From positions 1 to 64,000 of the forward strand of contig JBFMAD010000007.1 in the NCBI GenBank assembly GCA_040755855.1: DNA of 64,000 bases, written 5' to 3'. The position numbers and the translations under genes are program-made. The notes under the pieces were generated by a model. The model saw only the letters and a program-made list of their open reading frames with translations. It searched no databases and had not been told where the DNA came from. Source of the stretch: Planctomycetota bacterium. Lineage in GTDB: Bacteria > Planctomycetota > Brocadiia > JAADGH01. This document shows positions 1 through 9,491 of this stretch, piece after piece (positions within the stretch are counted from its first letter, which is position 1; every line of letters begins with the position of its first letter).

Positions 1-71
1 ATCTTGGTGGAGGCGGGAAGCAAGGTGGACCCCCGCGCACTCACTCTTCCACCGCTCCGTCTCGAGACGAT

Positions 72-103
72 CCCCCTGGGGCCGCTCACGCGGCCCCAGG
101 GGG
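72..103. repeat. Perfect 14-bp GC-rich inverted repeat (hairpin), possibly a terminator or REP-like element
   Basis: CCCCCTGGGGCCGC-tcac-GCGGCCCCAGGGGG in the non-coding stretch downstream of the minus-strand SDR; no clear U-tract. Confidence 0.55.
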
Positions 104-314
104 GGAACGATGTACCTGTCTTGGTCAATTTTCGGGGGCGAAACGATGGCAGCGGTCGTGGATGTCCGGCCCCAGCCGTCCCTTGGGGAGACCGTCCACC
201 CTACCCCACTACAGCGCGCGAATGTCATGGCCGAGCCAAATAGTCCCTGCCGCCGCCAAACCAAGCCCACGGCCCAATGCACTGTGGTGTGGTAGGGACG
301 CGAGGGCCGTCCAG

Positions 315-1070
315 TCAGAACGCCGCAAAGTCCGTGTCAGGCCCGTAGCTCTTCCCACTCGATTGGGATCGAGCGGCTCGGATCATCTTGATCGTCGCCG
401 TGGCAATCTCTTCCGGGGCGCGAGTCCGGTCGGCATCGAAGGATTCCTTGGTAGAAGGGATCCACCGCCGCCCCGCGTCCGTGGTCGCCTGCAGTTCCGT
501 CATTTCGGTCCGCACAAGCCCCGGTCCTGCCCCAAAAACCATGACAGAACTCGCCTGCATCCTGAGTTCCTCCGCCAAAATGCGCGTCAATTCCATGAGG
601 CCCGCCTTGCCGCAGGCGTACCCCGTCCCGCCCACCGGCCGGCCTCCGTTCATGTTAATGATGATGCCCTCGTTCCGCGCCATCATGTGCGGGAGTACCT
701 CGCGAACAATCAACAGGGGCCCTAACAGATTGATAGTCACATCTTGCCACCACACGTCGGGATTCACCTCATGAACTCCCGCAATGGACTGGAAGCTCCC
801 GGCGTTGTTGAAGACAACATCAATCGAACCGAAACAGGTAAGGACCTGTTCGACCATCTGCTTTACCTGGGCGCGATCGGTAACGTCCGTCGGGATGGCC
901 ACACCTATGCCCCCCTCTTTCTCGATGAGTTTCACAGTCTCATCCAGTCGGGGCTTCCGCCTGGCGCAGCAGACCACCCGCGCGCCGTTACGCGCAAACT
1001 CGCGGGCAAGCGCCCGACCGATGCCACTCCCCGCCCCCGTCACGATCACTGTTCGACCTTCCAGTTCCAT
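315..1070 (-). CDS. Short-chain dehydrogenase/reductase (SDR)
   Basis: TGAGSGIG Rossmann motif, NNAG, YACGK (YxxxK); start moved to ATG 1070 (MELEGRTV) after a GGAAGG RBS. Confidence 0.9.
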   Translation of the reverse strand: MELEGRTVIVTGAGSGIGRALAREFARNGARVVCCARRKPRLDETVKLIEKEGGIGVAIPTDVTDRAQVKQMVEQVLTCFGSIDVVFNNAGSFQSIAGVHEVNPDVWWQDVTINLLGPLLIVREVLPHMMARNEGIIINMNGGRPVGGTGYACGKAGLMELTRILAEELRMQASSVMVFGAGPGLVRTEMTELQATTDAGRRWIPSTKESFDADRTRAPEEIATATIKMIRAARSQSSGKSYGPDTDFAAF

Positions 1071-1160
1071 TGGCCTTCCTTCCACTCGATACTCAGACAG
1101 CTTCGCCACGCTCCGATGGGTCCGTTTCCCGGTCACATCCGGGGGGTTGAGATGTCTCCC

Positions 1161-4100
1161 TCACTCCGCGGTCCTGATACGCACCGTCACGCGCTGCCCG
1201 AAATGCGTCCGACCCTCGGCCAGCATCTCGAAGGAGACGGTCTGGTTGCCCTTCGCGTCCGGGATCAGGACGAACTCCTTGACCTCGGCATCCTTGAGGT
1301 AGTCCGTGTCGGACGCGATCGGCGCCTTGAACTCGAGGCCGTATTCCTTCCGCCCGGCGAGATAGACTCCGCCTTCCTTCAGGTCGGCCCGAGGCGCGAG
1401 CCACTTGGCCTCGCCGGTGTTCCCGACCGATGCCCGACACAAGACCTTCGCCCCGGCCTTGACCTGGATCACATCCCCTTGCCGGATTTCCCGCCAGCCG
1501 TCGCCCGCGTTGATCTCGGTGGCGTTGAACTCCGCGTTCAGATAATTCGGCGGATTGTGGCCGTTGCACGGCGTGTCGCCCACGGCGATCAACGGCGTGT
1601 TCGCGGAATCTGTCCCCGTGCCGGTCGTCCGAAGATACGGCCGCTCGCCCTTCTGCACAGCGGCCAGGTATTGCTCGCCGTAGATCTCCCACGCATCGGC
1701 ATACTGCTTGTCGAAGTCGACGTCAATATACATCGTTGGTTGCTCATGTCTTACGCTTGCGAACTGCGGTTGATAGGTTCGGATGATCTCGCACACCGGC
1801 CGCTCCGTCAGGTCTTCGTTCACGATCCCGAAATCACTCCGCTCGCCCAGCCGGAACCCGCCAGGGAACCACCACGGCGCCGCGCCCCGCGCGCCGGATT
1901 CGATGAACATGCGGTAGAAGCACTCGAGCTCGCGCTTCTGCCGCGCCAGTTCCTCGGGGTCCACATGCACCATCTCCGTCTTCCAGTCAGTGTGAAACCC
2001 GCGCACGGTGAAGCCGAACTCCATCCACGTCACCGGCTTCTCCCGGCTGACCCATCGGTAGTAAAGCGTTACCAGGCCGCCCTTTCGGATGTCGTCCGGC
2101 GGCGTGGGGTTGGCCCAGCCCTGCGTCATCAGGCTGTAGCCCTCGGGGTTCAGGAAGTCCACATGCTTCGCCACGCCGACGGAATGGTGGTGGGCGAACC
2201 GAATCCCGCTCGGTATCCCGCACGCGCCGCCGCGGAAGGTGATGAGGTGCTTCGGGTCGAACTTGCGCAGTTCCCGGATCGTCCGGCCATAGGCCTGGCC
2301 GATGCAGTCGCTGAAGAAGCGCCGAAAGGCCGCCGCGCAGCGGTCCCACTCGCCGTGCGTCCGACACATGTCCACCGTCGGGATCGTGAGTTTGCCCTCC
2401 TTGCGTTCCGGCTTGAAGGCCCAATCGCGTTCGGCATTCTCCACCGAGCCGTATCGCTCGACGACCCATGCGTTCCATTCGTCCATGAGAAAATCCATTC
2501 CGCCCTTCCACGGGTTCTCGATCGGCTCCCACGCCAATTCCCAGGCGAGGATGGCCGGGTGGTCCTTGATCCCGGCGACCGCGATATGTTGCTTGATCTT
2601 CTCCACGTCCATGCCCTTGAACGGGCGACCCCACGGGAGGAAGTAGAAGACCTTGATGCCGCGACGCTGGCATCGGTCGAGGAAGTCCACCATGTCGCGG
2701 TAGGAGTTCGGGTCTTCTGGCTTCGGCGGGACGAGCGCGTGCGTAGCGCTGATGAAGTTCATGCCCAGCGATTGTATCACTGCCAGGTCCTGCTCGATGG
2801 CGACAGGGTCATAGTAGCCGCGCTGGTAAAGGTCGAGCGTCGGCAGCCCGGCCATCATGCTGGGCCGGTAGTTCACGCCGAGCATGAACCACTTCTTGTC
2901 GCCGAGATAGAAGTCGCTGCCCCGGACCGTAACGTACTCGTCCGTGCCTGCGGGCGTATCCGCAATGCGGTCGAGCGGGTGTGAGATGAGATCAATGGGG
3001 ACATCGTTGTCGAGGAGCATGGTCCGGACGGTGTATCCCTTCTCGTCCAGCTTGCCGGGGTTCCATGTCCACGCGACCCGCTCGCGCCTGCCGGGTTCAA
3101 GATCAATCTCGGCATCTTTCTCGCAGATTGTCTCGTTTTCGGAATTGCGAATGTCCAGGCGGACCTTGAGGCGTCGCCTCTCCCGCCCGGCGTTCACGAC
3201 CTCTGCACCGAGGTCAACCGCCTCGCCGTCGCGATAGGAAAAGAACCGGCTCCCGGCCTCTGCGAGGAGGCATCCTCTCGTCATTGATTTTGCCACATGC
3301 ACAATATTTGAAAGCAGTTCTGGCTTCGCAGCATCCGCAGGATCGGCCACGCCGACGCCAGCCCACATCGCATCCATGTGCACGCCGTTGCCGAGCATCA
3401 TCCAGATGATCGTCCCGCGCTCACGCCCCTCCGCGTCACGGGCCACAGCGATCGGCGTCCACCGCCACGCGGCGTTCCGATCGAAGCCACGACCCGCGGG
3501 GCGACAGGCCGGGGCGTACCCCTTCCCCCGCCATGCCGGCCGCCAGTCGGCCGGCAATATCCCCTGTTCCTGCGCCGGGGCCAGCGACGCGGTATCCCGC
3601 AAAGGATACAGTTTGAACGACGGGCACAGTCCCTCGATGTGCGGGGGCGCAAAATCCGGCTCCTCGCCACCGGGATCGAGCGCGGAGCCGATGCCGCGAA
3701 TCCAGAACGTGTGCGCGCCTTCCTTCACTTTCGGCGTGTGGCTGCCGGAGAAGCCGAACTTGATCGACGCGAGATTCTGCAGGTTCAGCCGATCTCCCGC
3801 GCCGCCGCGCTTCGCCTTCGAGTCGGGCCAGTGGGGAAAGTCGCTCGGCCGCAGGACGTATCGCTTCCATCCGGTCGTCAACGGCGCGCCGCCGATCCAT
3901 CGCGCGCCGTCCTCCTCGACGCACTCCACCGCCAGTTGCGTGGTGTTATCATCCCCCTTCGCCCAAAAGGTGAGGATCGAGTGTCCCTCGGGGCAGGGCT
4001 GCTTCATCCGCTTGCCGAATAGGTCCCAGCTCTCCAGATCAATTGTCGCCTTCCAAGCGCCCTCGCCTTCGGCGGGGCATGGCTCGATCTTCGCCTCGTG

Positions 4101-5180
4101 CTTGTCGGGATACCGAGCGCCCCGCTCCCATGACTCATCGGCGAAGGTCAGCGGCGAGGCAGTGAGGGAGTCGGCAAAAGCCTCGCCGTATCCTTCCTGA
4201 TTCACCCATCCCTTCGGGGTCTTGGCCACCAACTCCCCAAAGGCCGGTGCGCCGATGAACAATATCTTCCCACGCGAACGCAGAAACGAGATAACGAGCG
4301 GCTTCGCCGCTGCAGGCAGGCGGCGGGCGTCGGCGACGACAAGCAAGTCCACCGCCTCGGCCGGGATGCGCCCCTTGCCCAGGTCGTCCCATGACAGCAT
4401 CGTCACGCCGAACCCCGCCTTCTCAAACGCCGTCTTCAGTCCCGTCTCGAGATCATCCTGTTGTCCCGGCAGGAGCACAACACTTCCCGACTTCCCCTTC
4501 GCCGTCGAAAACCCCGGCAGCATCGGCGGCAACTTGCCCTCGACGTTCATCGGCCCAAAAGCGCACTGAAACCCATTTGACCCGATGGCCGGCCGCCCGC
4601 GCTTCACTGCCTTGCCGGAGGTAAAATAGAACGTCTTCCGCCAAAACTCGCCGGAGGCGGGATCGCGAACCTCGCCTGTGACGGATTCGGAGGTAAGCGT
4701 GAGCCGTAGTTCATACCTCTTGCCATAGTTCCACTCCTGCAGATTGCCGTCGAACTTCGAGGTGAGCCTTGTTCCGGTCGCCGGGGCGGCGTTCTGGGCC
4801 TGATGCACGCCGCAGTAGGTTTCGATCAGTTCCATATAGCGCCTGCCGTCGGGGGCCTCCACCAGCGTCAAGCGCCAGTGGTTGTCGGGGTCGCTGTGGA
4901 GATAGACCCCCGCCATGGTCCAGCTGCCGCCGAGGCGTTTGGCGATGGCGACGGAGGTGGAGACCGCCGCCTCGCTTAGGTCGTCCAACGGCGTGAAGAG
5001 GGTCGTCTCCTCGCCCACGCTGGCAAAGTGGCACTGGCCATCTTGGATTTGCACTACCGGCGGACCGAGGACCTCATGCCTTTGCGGTTGAGCAAAATTC
5101 TCCTTCAGCAACACGTCCGCCGCCCGACCGGTCTGTCTCAGAACAAGCATCGCAAGCAAGGCCGCACATGCCATTCTCAT
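1161..5180 (-). CDS. Large secreted multidomain protein with a C-terminal clan-A-like (GH5/GH42-like) glycoside hydrolase barrel
   Basis: Signal peptide MRMACAALLAMLVL after GAGGAG RBS; GVNY, ILAWELAWEP, PVTWMEFG and WWFPG motifs typical of GH-A barrels; CBM-like segments upstream. Confidence 0.7.
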   Translation of the reverse strand: MRMACAALLAMLVLRQTGRAADVLLKENFAQPQRHEVLGPPVVQIQDGQCHFASVGEETTLFTPLDDLSEAAVSTSVAIAKRLGGSWTMAGVYLHSDPDNHWRLTLVEAPDGRRYMELIETYCGVHQAQNAAPATGTRLTSKFDGNLQEWNYGKRYELRLTLTSESVTGEVRDPASGEFWRKTFYFTSGKAVKRGRPAIGSNGFQCAFGPMNVEGKLPPMLPGFSTAKGKSGSVVLLPGQQDDLETGLKTAFEKAGFGVTMLSWDDLGKGRIPAEAVDLLVVADARRLPAAAKPLVISFLRSRGKILFIGAPAFGELVAKTPKGWVNQEGYGEAFADSLTASPLTFADESWERGARYPDKHEAKIEPCPAEGEGAWKATIDLESWDLFGKRMKQPCPEGHSILTFWAKGDDNTTQLAVECVEEDGARWIGGAPLTTGWKRYVLRPSDFPHWPDSKAKRGGAGDRLNLQNLASIKFGFSGSHTPKVKEGAHTFWIRGIGSALDPGGEEPDFAPPHIEGLCPSFKLYPLRDTASLAPAQEQGILPADWRPAWRGKGYAPACRPAGRGFDRNAAWRWTPIAVARDAEGRERGTIIWMMLGNGVHMDAMWAGVGVADPADAAKPELLSNIVHVAKSMTRGCLLAEAGSRFFSYRDGEAVDLGAEVVNAGRERRRLKVRLDIRNSENETICEKDAEIDLEPGRRERVAWTWNPGKLDEKGYTVRTMLLDNDVPIDLISHPLDRIADTPAGTDEYVTVRGSDFYLGDKKWFMLGVNYRPSMMAGLPTLDLYQRGYYDPVAIEQDLAVIQSLGMNFISATHALVPPKPEDPNSYRDMVDFLDRCQRRGIKVFYFLPWGRPFKGMDVEKIKQHIAVAGIKDHPAILAWELAWEPIENPWKGGMDFLMDEWNAWVVERYGSVENAERDWAFKPERKEGKLTIPTVDMCRTHGEWDRCAAAFRRFFSDCIGQAYGRTIRELRKFDPKHLITFRGGACGIPSGIRFAHHHSVGVAKHVDFLNPEGYSLMTQGWANPTPPDDIRKGGLVTLYYRWVSREKPVTWMEFGFTVRGFHTDWKTEMVHVDPEELARQKRELECFYRMFIESGARGAAPWWFPGGFRLGERSDFGIVNEDLTERPVCEIIRTYQPQFASVRHEQPTMYIDVDFDKQYADAWEIYGEQYLAAVQKGERPYLRTTGTGTDSANTPLIAVGDTPCNGHNPPNYLNAEFNATEINAGDGWREIRQGDVIQVKAGAKVLCRASVGNTGEAKWLAPRADLKEGGVYLAGRKEYGLEFKAPIASDTDYLKDAEVKEFVLIPDAKGNQTVSFEMLAEGRTHFGQRVTVRIRTAE

Positions 5181-5257
5181 GAAACCGCTCCTCTTCATCG
5201 GTAAGGGATCGTTCCCCATCTTGTAACAGCACGTCGGTAGACATTTCAAGCATTCTC

Positions 5258-5286
5258 TTGACCTTCACGCAGGAACGGTGCACAAT
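5258..5286 (+). promoter_or_regulatory. Putative sigma70 promoter of the sulfatase-GH operon
   Basis: TTGACC-17 nt-CACAAT, about 40 nt upstream of ATG 5329. Confidence 0.5.
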
Positions 5287-5301
5287 GGGGCAGATTGCGG
5301 A

Positions 5302-5325
5302 GGAGCAATGGAGTAATGGAGTGTT
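5302..5325 (+). repeat. Three imperfect octamer tandem repeats overlapping the RBS
   Basis: GGAGCAAT GGAGTAAT GGAGTGTT immediately before the sulfatase ATG. Confidence 0.7.
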
Positions 5326-5328
5326 GAC

Positions 5329-6732
5329 ATGAGGGATTCGCGGCCGAACATCCTCCTCATCACCACCGACCAGCAGCGCTATGACACCCTCGGCTGCTGC
5401 GGGGCGGAGTGGATGAGGACGCCGAACCTCGACGCCCTGGCGAAACGTGGGGTCATTTTCCGCCATGCCTACACGCAGAACCCCGTCTGCATCCCCGCCC
5501 GCGCCTGCATCCAGACCGGTCGCTACACCCATCAGCACGGCGTGCAATATATGGAAAGCATCATTGACAACACCCCCGGTCTGCCGCCGTGGGAGATCAC
5601 GATCATGGAGCGTCTCCAGTCGGCGGGCTATCGCACCGCCGCCTTCGGCAAGATCCACATGATGCCGGAGAAGGGGTTTCACGAGCTGAAGGTCTGCGGT
5701 GGCAAGGGCGGGCGGTGGACCAAGTCGGCGGGTCTCGAGATCGGTCTCGGCCCCCTCGGCCGCGATTACGCCGCATGGCTGGAGGAGCGCCACCCTGGCG
5801 GCTATGAGGCGATCTACGAGCAGCGCCGCCGACCGGAATACAAGGCCCACAAGTCGGCCATCGTCAACGTCCTGCCGCTTGAGGAATACGTGGATTACTG
5901 GACGCCGATGAATACGATTGATTTCATCAAGCACGACCACGACCGTCCGTTCTTCGTCTGGTGCGGGTTCTGCGGGCCCCACGGGCCGGTTGACCCGCCG
6001 AGGCCGTATCACGAAATCTACCCCATGGATAAGGTCGAGTTCCCGCCAAACTACCACGTCAAACCGGACGGTTCGCTCCGAGAGACCACACCAGAAGAGG
6101 ACGAGGTCGCCCGCCGGTTCATCGCCTACTACTACGGGCTGGTGATGTTGATTGATGACATGGTCGGCGAGATCGTCAAGGCCCTTGAGAAAAAAGGCCT
6201 CCTCGACAACACGCTGATCCTCTTCACGTCCGACCACGGCGAGATGATGTTCGACCACGGCCGACTGGGCAAGGGGAACTTCACGGAGCCGATCATCCGC
6301 ATGCCGTTGATCGTCGTCCCCCCCGGTGGGAAGCCCGGGGTATCGGACGTGGATGGGCTGGTGGAAACTTTTGACATCGCGCCCACGGTCCTCGACTACG
6401 CCTGGGCCGGCATCCCGACGACCATGAGCGCGTCCAGCCTGCGCCCGCTTATCGAAGGCGGAGGCTCGGCAAAAGAAATCGTCATGTGCGAGTACATGCG
6501 GAACGACCGGTCCACCATGGGGACGTGCGTCCGGACGAAGCGCTACAAGTACGCCTGTTGGACGAACGGCCAGGCGGAGCAGTTCTACGACCTGCAGGAA
6601 GACCCGTTGGAGCGGCGCAACGCTATCGGCGATCCGGAGTACCGCGACGAGATCGAGCGGCATCGCGTCCTGATGATTGACCGACTAATGCAGTCCTCGC
6701 GGCAACAACCTATTCCCAAGGGAGAACTCTGA
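5329..6732 (+). CDS. Cys-type sulfatase (no signal peptide)
   Basis: PNILLITTDQQR, CIPARA (CxPxR), GKIH, PHGP, TSDHGEM motifs. Confidence 0.92.
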   Translation: MRDSRPNILLITTDQQRYDTLGCCGAEWMRTPNLDALAKRGVIFRHAYTQNPVCIPARACIQTGRYTHQHGVQYMESIIDNTPGLPPWEITIMERLQSAGYRTAAFGKIHMMPEKGFHELKVCGGKGGRWTKSAGLEIGLGPLGRDYAAWLEERHPGGYEAIYEQRRRPEYKAHKSAIVNVLPLEEYVDYWTPMNTIDFIKHDHDRPFFVWCGFCGPHGPVDPPRPYHEIYPMDKVEFPPNYHVKPDGSLRETTPEEDEVARRFIAYYYGLVMLIDDMVGEIVKALEKKGLLDNTLILFTSDHGEMMFDHGRLGKGNFTEPIIRMPLIVVPPGGKPGVSDVDGLVETFDIAPTVLDYAWAGIPTTMSASSLRPLIEGGGSAKEIVMCEYMRNDRSTMGTCVRTKRYKYACWTNGQAEQFYDLQEDPLERRNAIGDPEYRDEIERHRVLMIDRLMQSSRQQPIPKGEL

Positions 6733-9473
6733 TGCGCTCAGTGACTATTGCGACTATTCTCATTGTGTTGGCAGGACGGTGCGCGATGGCCGATTGGAAC
6801 CTCTACGACCATTTCGACAAGGTGCTCGTTTACGAAGGGCAGTACTTCCGCGAGTACAAACAAGGCAAGAACGACTTTCAAGGCCCTCAAAGCGGGCGGT
6901 TCATGTGGATGGTGTTTCCCAACGACGACGGCACGCTGCGGCCCTATGCGAAGGGCATGGAGGTCCAAGGGGAGCTTCGCCCGGGGCAGATGCTTCTCGC
7001 CGGGGAGTCCATCATGGCGCCGACGGTGGTTGAGTTTCTGGTGATCGGCGGGACGCGAATGGACCTGGAGTATGGGTTGTGCGACCGGGCCAAGGAGAAG
7101 GGAAACCATGGCACGCTCCTGAGCATCGAGATGCTTGTCGGGGACAAGACCAAGAAAGAGACGCTGACCATCGCCGAAAACAAATGGGCGGCCACATCGG
7201 TCGAGCTGCCGAAGGCGGATCAGGTCGTCGTGCGCCTTGTCGCCCGTCGGCGCGGCGGCGCAAGTACGAACTGGACCGGCCTGATCGTCAAGGGCGACGG
7301 TTCGCTCGGCGCGCGCGAGCAACTGCTGGAGCGCTCGCCGAACCGGGACAAGATCGGGAAGATCGAAGTCGCCCTGAAGCCATCCCCCTACCGCGTGACG
7401 GCGCGACCGGGGTACGACATCCTGTTCTACCGTGACAAGCCGTTCCTGAGCTACGCCGCCAAGGGCCACCCCGGCGGGTCGCACGAGCTGCAGGCGAAGG
7501 TCGGCGTCAACACCTACTACGTCGAGGGGATGACGTTCGGCAAGTATTGGCCGGATGGGGCGGATGGGGTCGCGATGCCCGACGATTCCCCCATCCACCA
7601 GGACCTCCGGCTCTGCCAGCAGTTCGACATGCCCTACAAGGTCCCCGCCAGCCTGGCCCACTGCTCGCCCTTCCTCCCGCCGTGGCTGGTAACGAAAGAG
7701 AACCTGGGTCTGCAGGGCCACCAGTTGCGACGCGGCGGGGCGACCCATACGTCTTTCATCAAAGCCAAAACGATGATGTATCACAAGAAGGGGCTGGAAG
7801 GATGGCTGAAGCCCTTCCTCGATCAGCCGACGATCGTGGTCTTTAGCCAGGAGGACGACGCGAGCCTGTGGGATGACTACTCCGACGAGGCCGTGGCAAG
7901 CTGGCGGGCATGGCTGACGAAACGCTTCGGCGGGGATTTCAAGGCGTTCAGCGACTACGTCGGCAGCGTCAAGGGCATGGAGGGGTTCGAGACCGTCCCC
8001 CAGCCCGACCGCTTCAAACCCGACGAGCGCTTCGGCTATCCCATGCGGCTGGCCTACCTGAAGCTGCTGTGGATCACGGAGAGTTATGGCGACTATCTCG
8101 CAGAGATGTTCGAGTTCACGCGCAAGATCGCGCCAGGCGTTCCATTGACGCAGCGCTACGTGAACTGGCCGAACGGTCTCTACGTATCGGAGCGCGTAAA
8201 GGCCGACTACAACTACACCTTCGGCCACCTGACGACGGAGGGGATCCCGAACAGCTACGGCATCGGCAAGAAGTGCTGGACGGGCATCTACGCCCACTGC
8301 GGCACACTGCCCCTGCCGCGCGGCGGGTCCATCGGCAAGACCTACAGCCGGGAGATTCGGCGCGGGGCGATGAACGAAAAAGAGTGGCGGGTGAACGCCT
8401 ACACCGCCATCGCCAACGGCGTAACCGGCTTCGAGTACTCCCCCTTCACCGCCACATGGGGACCGGAGTGGGAACAGGCGGCGCTCTACGATCTCAACCT
8501 CAATCTGACGCCCACCGGCAAGGCCGGGATCGCCGTGATAAAGGAAGTCCTCGACCACTCAAAGTACATGATGCACTACGAGCATCACGACGACGTGGCC
8601 GTCTTCCATGACGCGAGTTTCAACACCGGCCCCTTCGCCGGGCCGTGGGGCCAATCCAAGGTCGGCATCTACACCCTCATCCGCGAGACGGGCTTCCATG
8701 CCGATCCGCTCACCGAGGGGGACATGACGGCCGAGAATCTCAAGGGGCGGAAGGCGCTGGTCCTGGCGGGGAGCCTGTCCATCGCGCCGGAGATTCAGGA
8801 TGCGATTCGAGGATATGTAAAAGAGGGCGGAACGCTGATCACGGTCTTCTGCGCCGATGGGGCGGGCTTTCCTGGATGTAACAGTTACGCCTACGCCTGT
8901 CCGCCGCGGGAGAGCGCGAAGGAGCGGTCGTTCGAGAATCCGAAGGCGGTTGCGCACCTGGGGGATGTGCTGGGAATTGCGGAGGGCGCGGGCATCGCGA
9001 CGCGGACGGAAGTTCAATCGGCGGAACGCGGCAAGATTTCACTCGACGCATTTAACGCCCTCGTGAAGGAGGGCCGATGGGTGGACAAGGCGGCCTGCTG
9101 CGCCAAGTTCGCCCCCGCCGCGAGTGCGAAGGTTATTGCGAAGTTCGACGACGGCTCGCCGGCCGTCATCGAGAACTTATTCGGCAAAGGCAGGGCCGTC
9201 ACCTTCGCCTTCGACCTCGGCCTGATCGCGAACAACCTGACCGTCCCCGCACTCTACCAATGGTGGTCCGACCTCCTCGCGTCCCTCGGCTGTCGGAAGG
9301 CCATAGATACCGGCAACTGGTTCGTCGAGGGTGGCATGTGGCGGGACGACTCCGGCAACCACCTCGCTATCCTCATCAATCACGACGAGGAGCATCCCCA
9401 GAAGGCAAAGCTGCCGGATGGAAAGACGGTCGAGATGGAGGCGGGAGGCGGCAAGCTGATTGTGATCCAATGA
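6732..9473 (+). CDS. Secreted GH42-like protein with a beta-galactosidase trimerisation-like (GATase-fold) C-terminal domain
   Basis: Signal peptide; DYSDEAVASWRAWLTKRF GH42-like segment; YVKEGGTLI and DGSPAVIENLFGKGRAV trimerisation-domain motifs; coupled to the sulfatase stop. Confidence 0.7.
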   Translation: MRSVTIATILIVLAGRCAMADWNLYDHFDKVLVYEGQYFREYKQGKNDFQGPQSGRFMWMVFPNDDGTLRPYAKGMEVQGELRPGQMLLAGESIMAPTVVEFLVIGGTRMDLEYGLCDRAKEKGNHGTLLSIEMLVGDKTKKETLTIAENKWAATSVELPKADQVVVRLVARRRGGASTNWTGLIVKGDGSLGAREQLLERSPNRDKIGKIEVALKPSPYRVTARPGYDILFYRDKPFLSYAAKGHPGGSHELQAKVGVNTYYVEGMTFGKYWPDGADGVAMPDDSPIHQDLRLCQQFDMPYKVPASLAHCSPFLPPWLVTKENLGLQGHQLRRGGATHTSFIKAKTMMYHKKGLEGWLKPFLDQPTIVVFSQEDDASLWDDYSDEAVASWRAWLTKRFGGDFKAFSDYVGSVKGMEGFETVPQPDRFKPDERFGYPMRLAYLKLLWITESYGDYLAEMFEFTRKIAPGVPLTQRYVNWPNGLYVSERVKADYNYTFGHLTTEGIPNSYGIGKKCWTGIYAHCGTLPLPRGGSIGKTYSREIRRGAMNEKEWRVNAYTAIANGVTGFEYSPFTATWGPEWEQAALYDLNLNLTPTGKAGIAVIKEVLDHSKYMMHYEHHDDVAVFHDASFNTGPFAGPWGQSKVGIYTLIRETGFHADPLTEGDMTAENLKGRKALVLAGSLSIAPEIQDAIRGYVKEGGTLITVFCADGAGFPGCNSYAYACPPRESAKERSFENPKAVAHLGDVLGIAEGAGIATRTEVQSAERGKISLDAFNALVKEGRWVDKAACCAKFAPAASAKVIAKFDDGSPAVIENLFGKGRAVTFAFDLGLIANNLTVPALYQWWSDLLASLGCRKAIDTGNWFVEGGMWRDDSGNHLAILINHDEEHPQKAKLPDGKTVEMEAGGGKLIVIQ

Positions 9474-9491
9474 ACCTTGAGAGGACATCTG

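Noticed and set aside
5..40. Minus-strand ...CCCGCCTCCACCA resembling a tmRNA/tRNA 3' end or att site
   Set aside because: No T-loop (TTCRA) at the required distance, no cloverleaf, and no integrase in the window.
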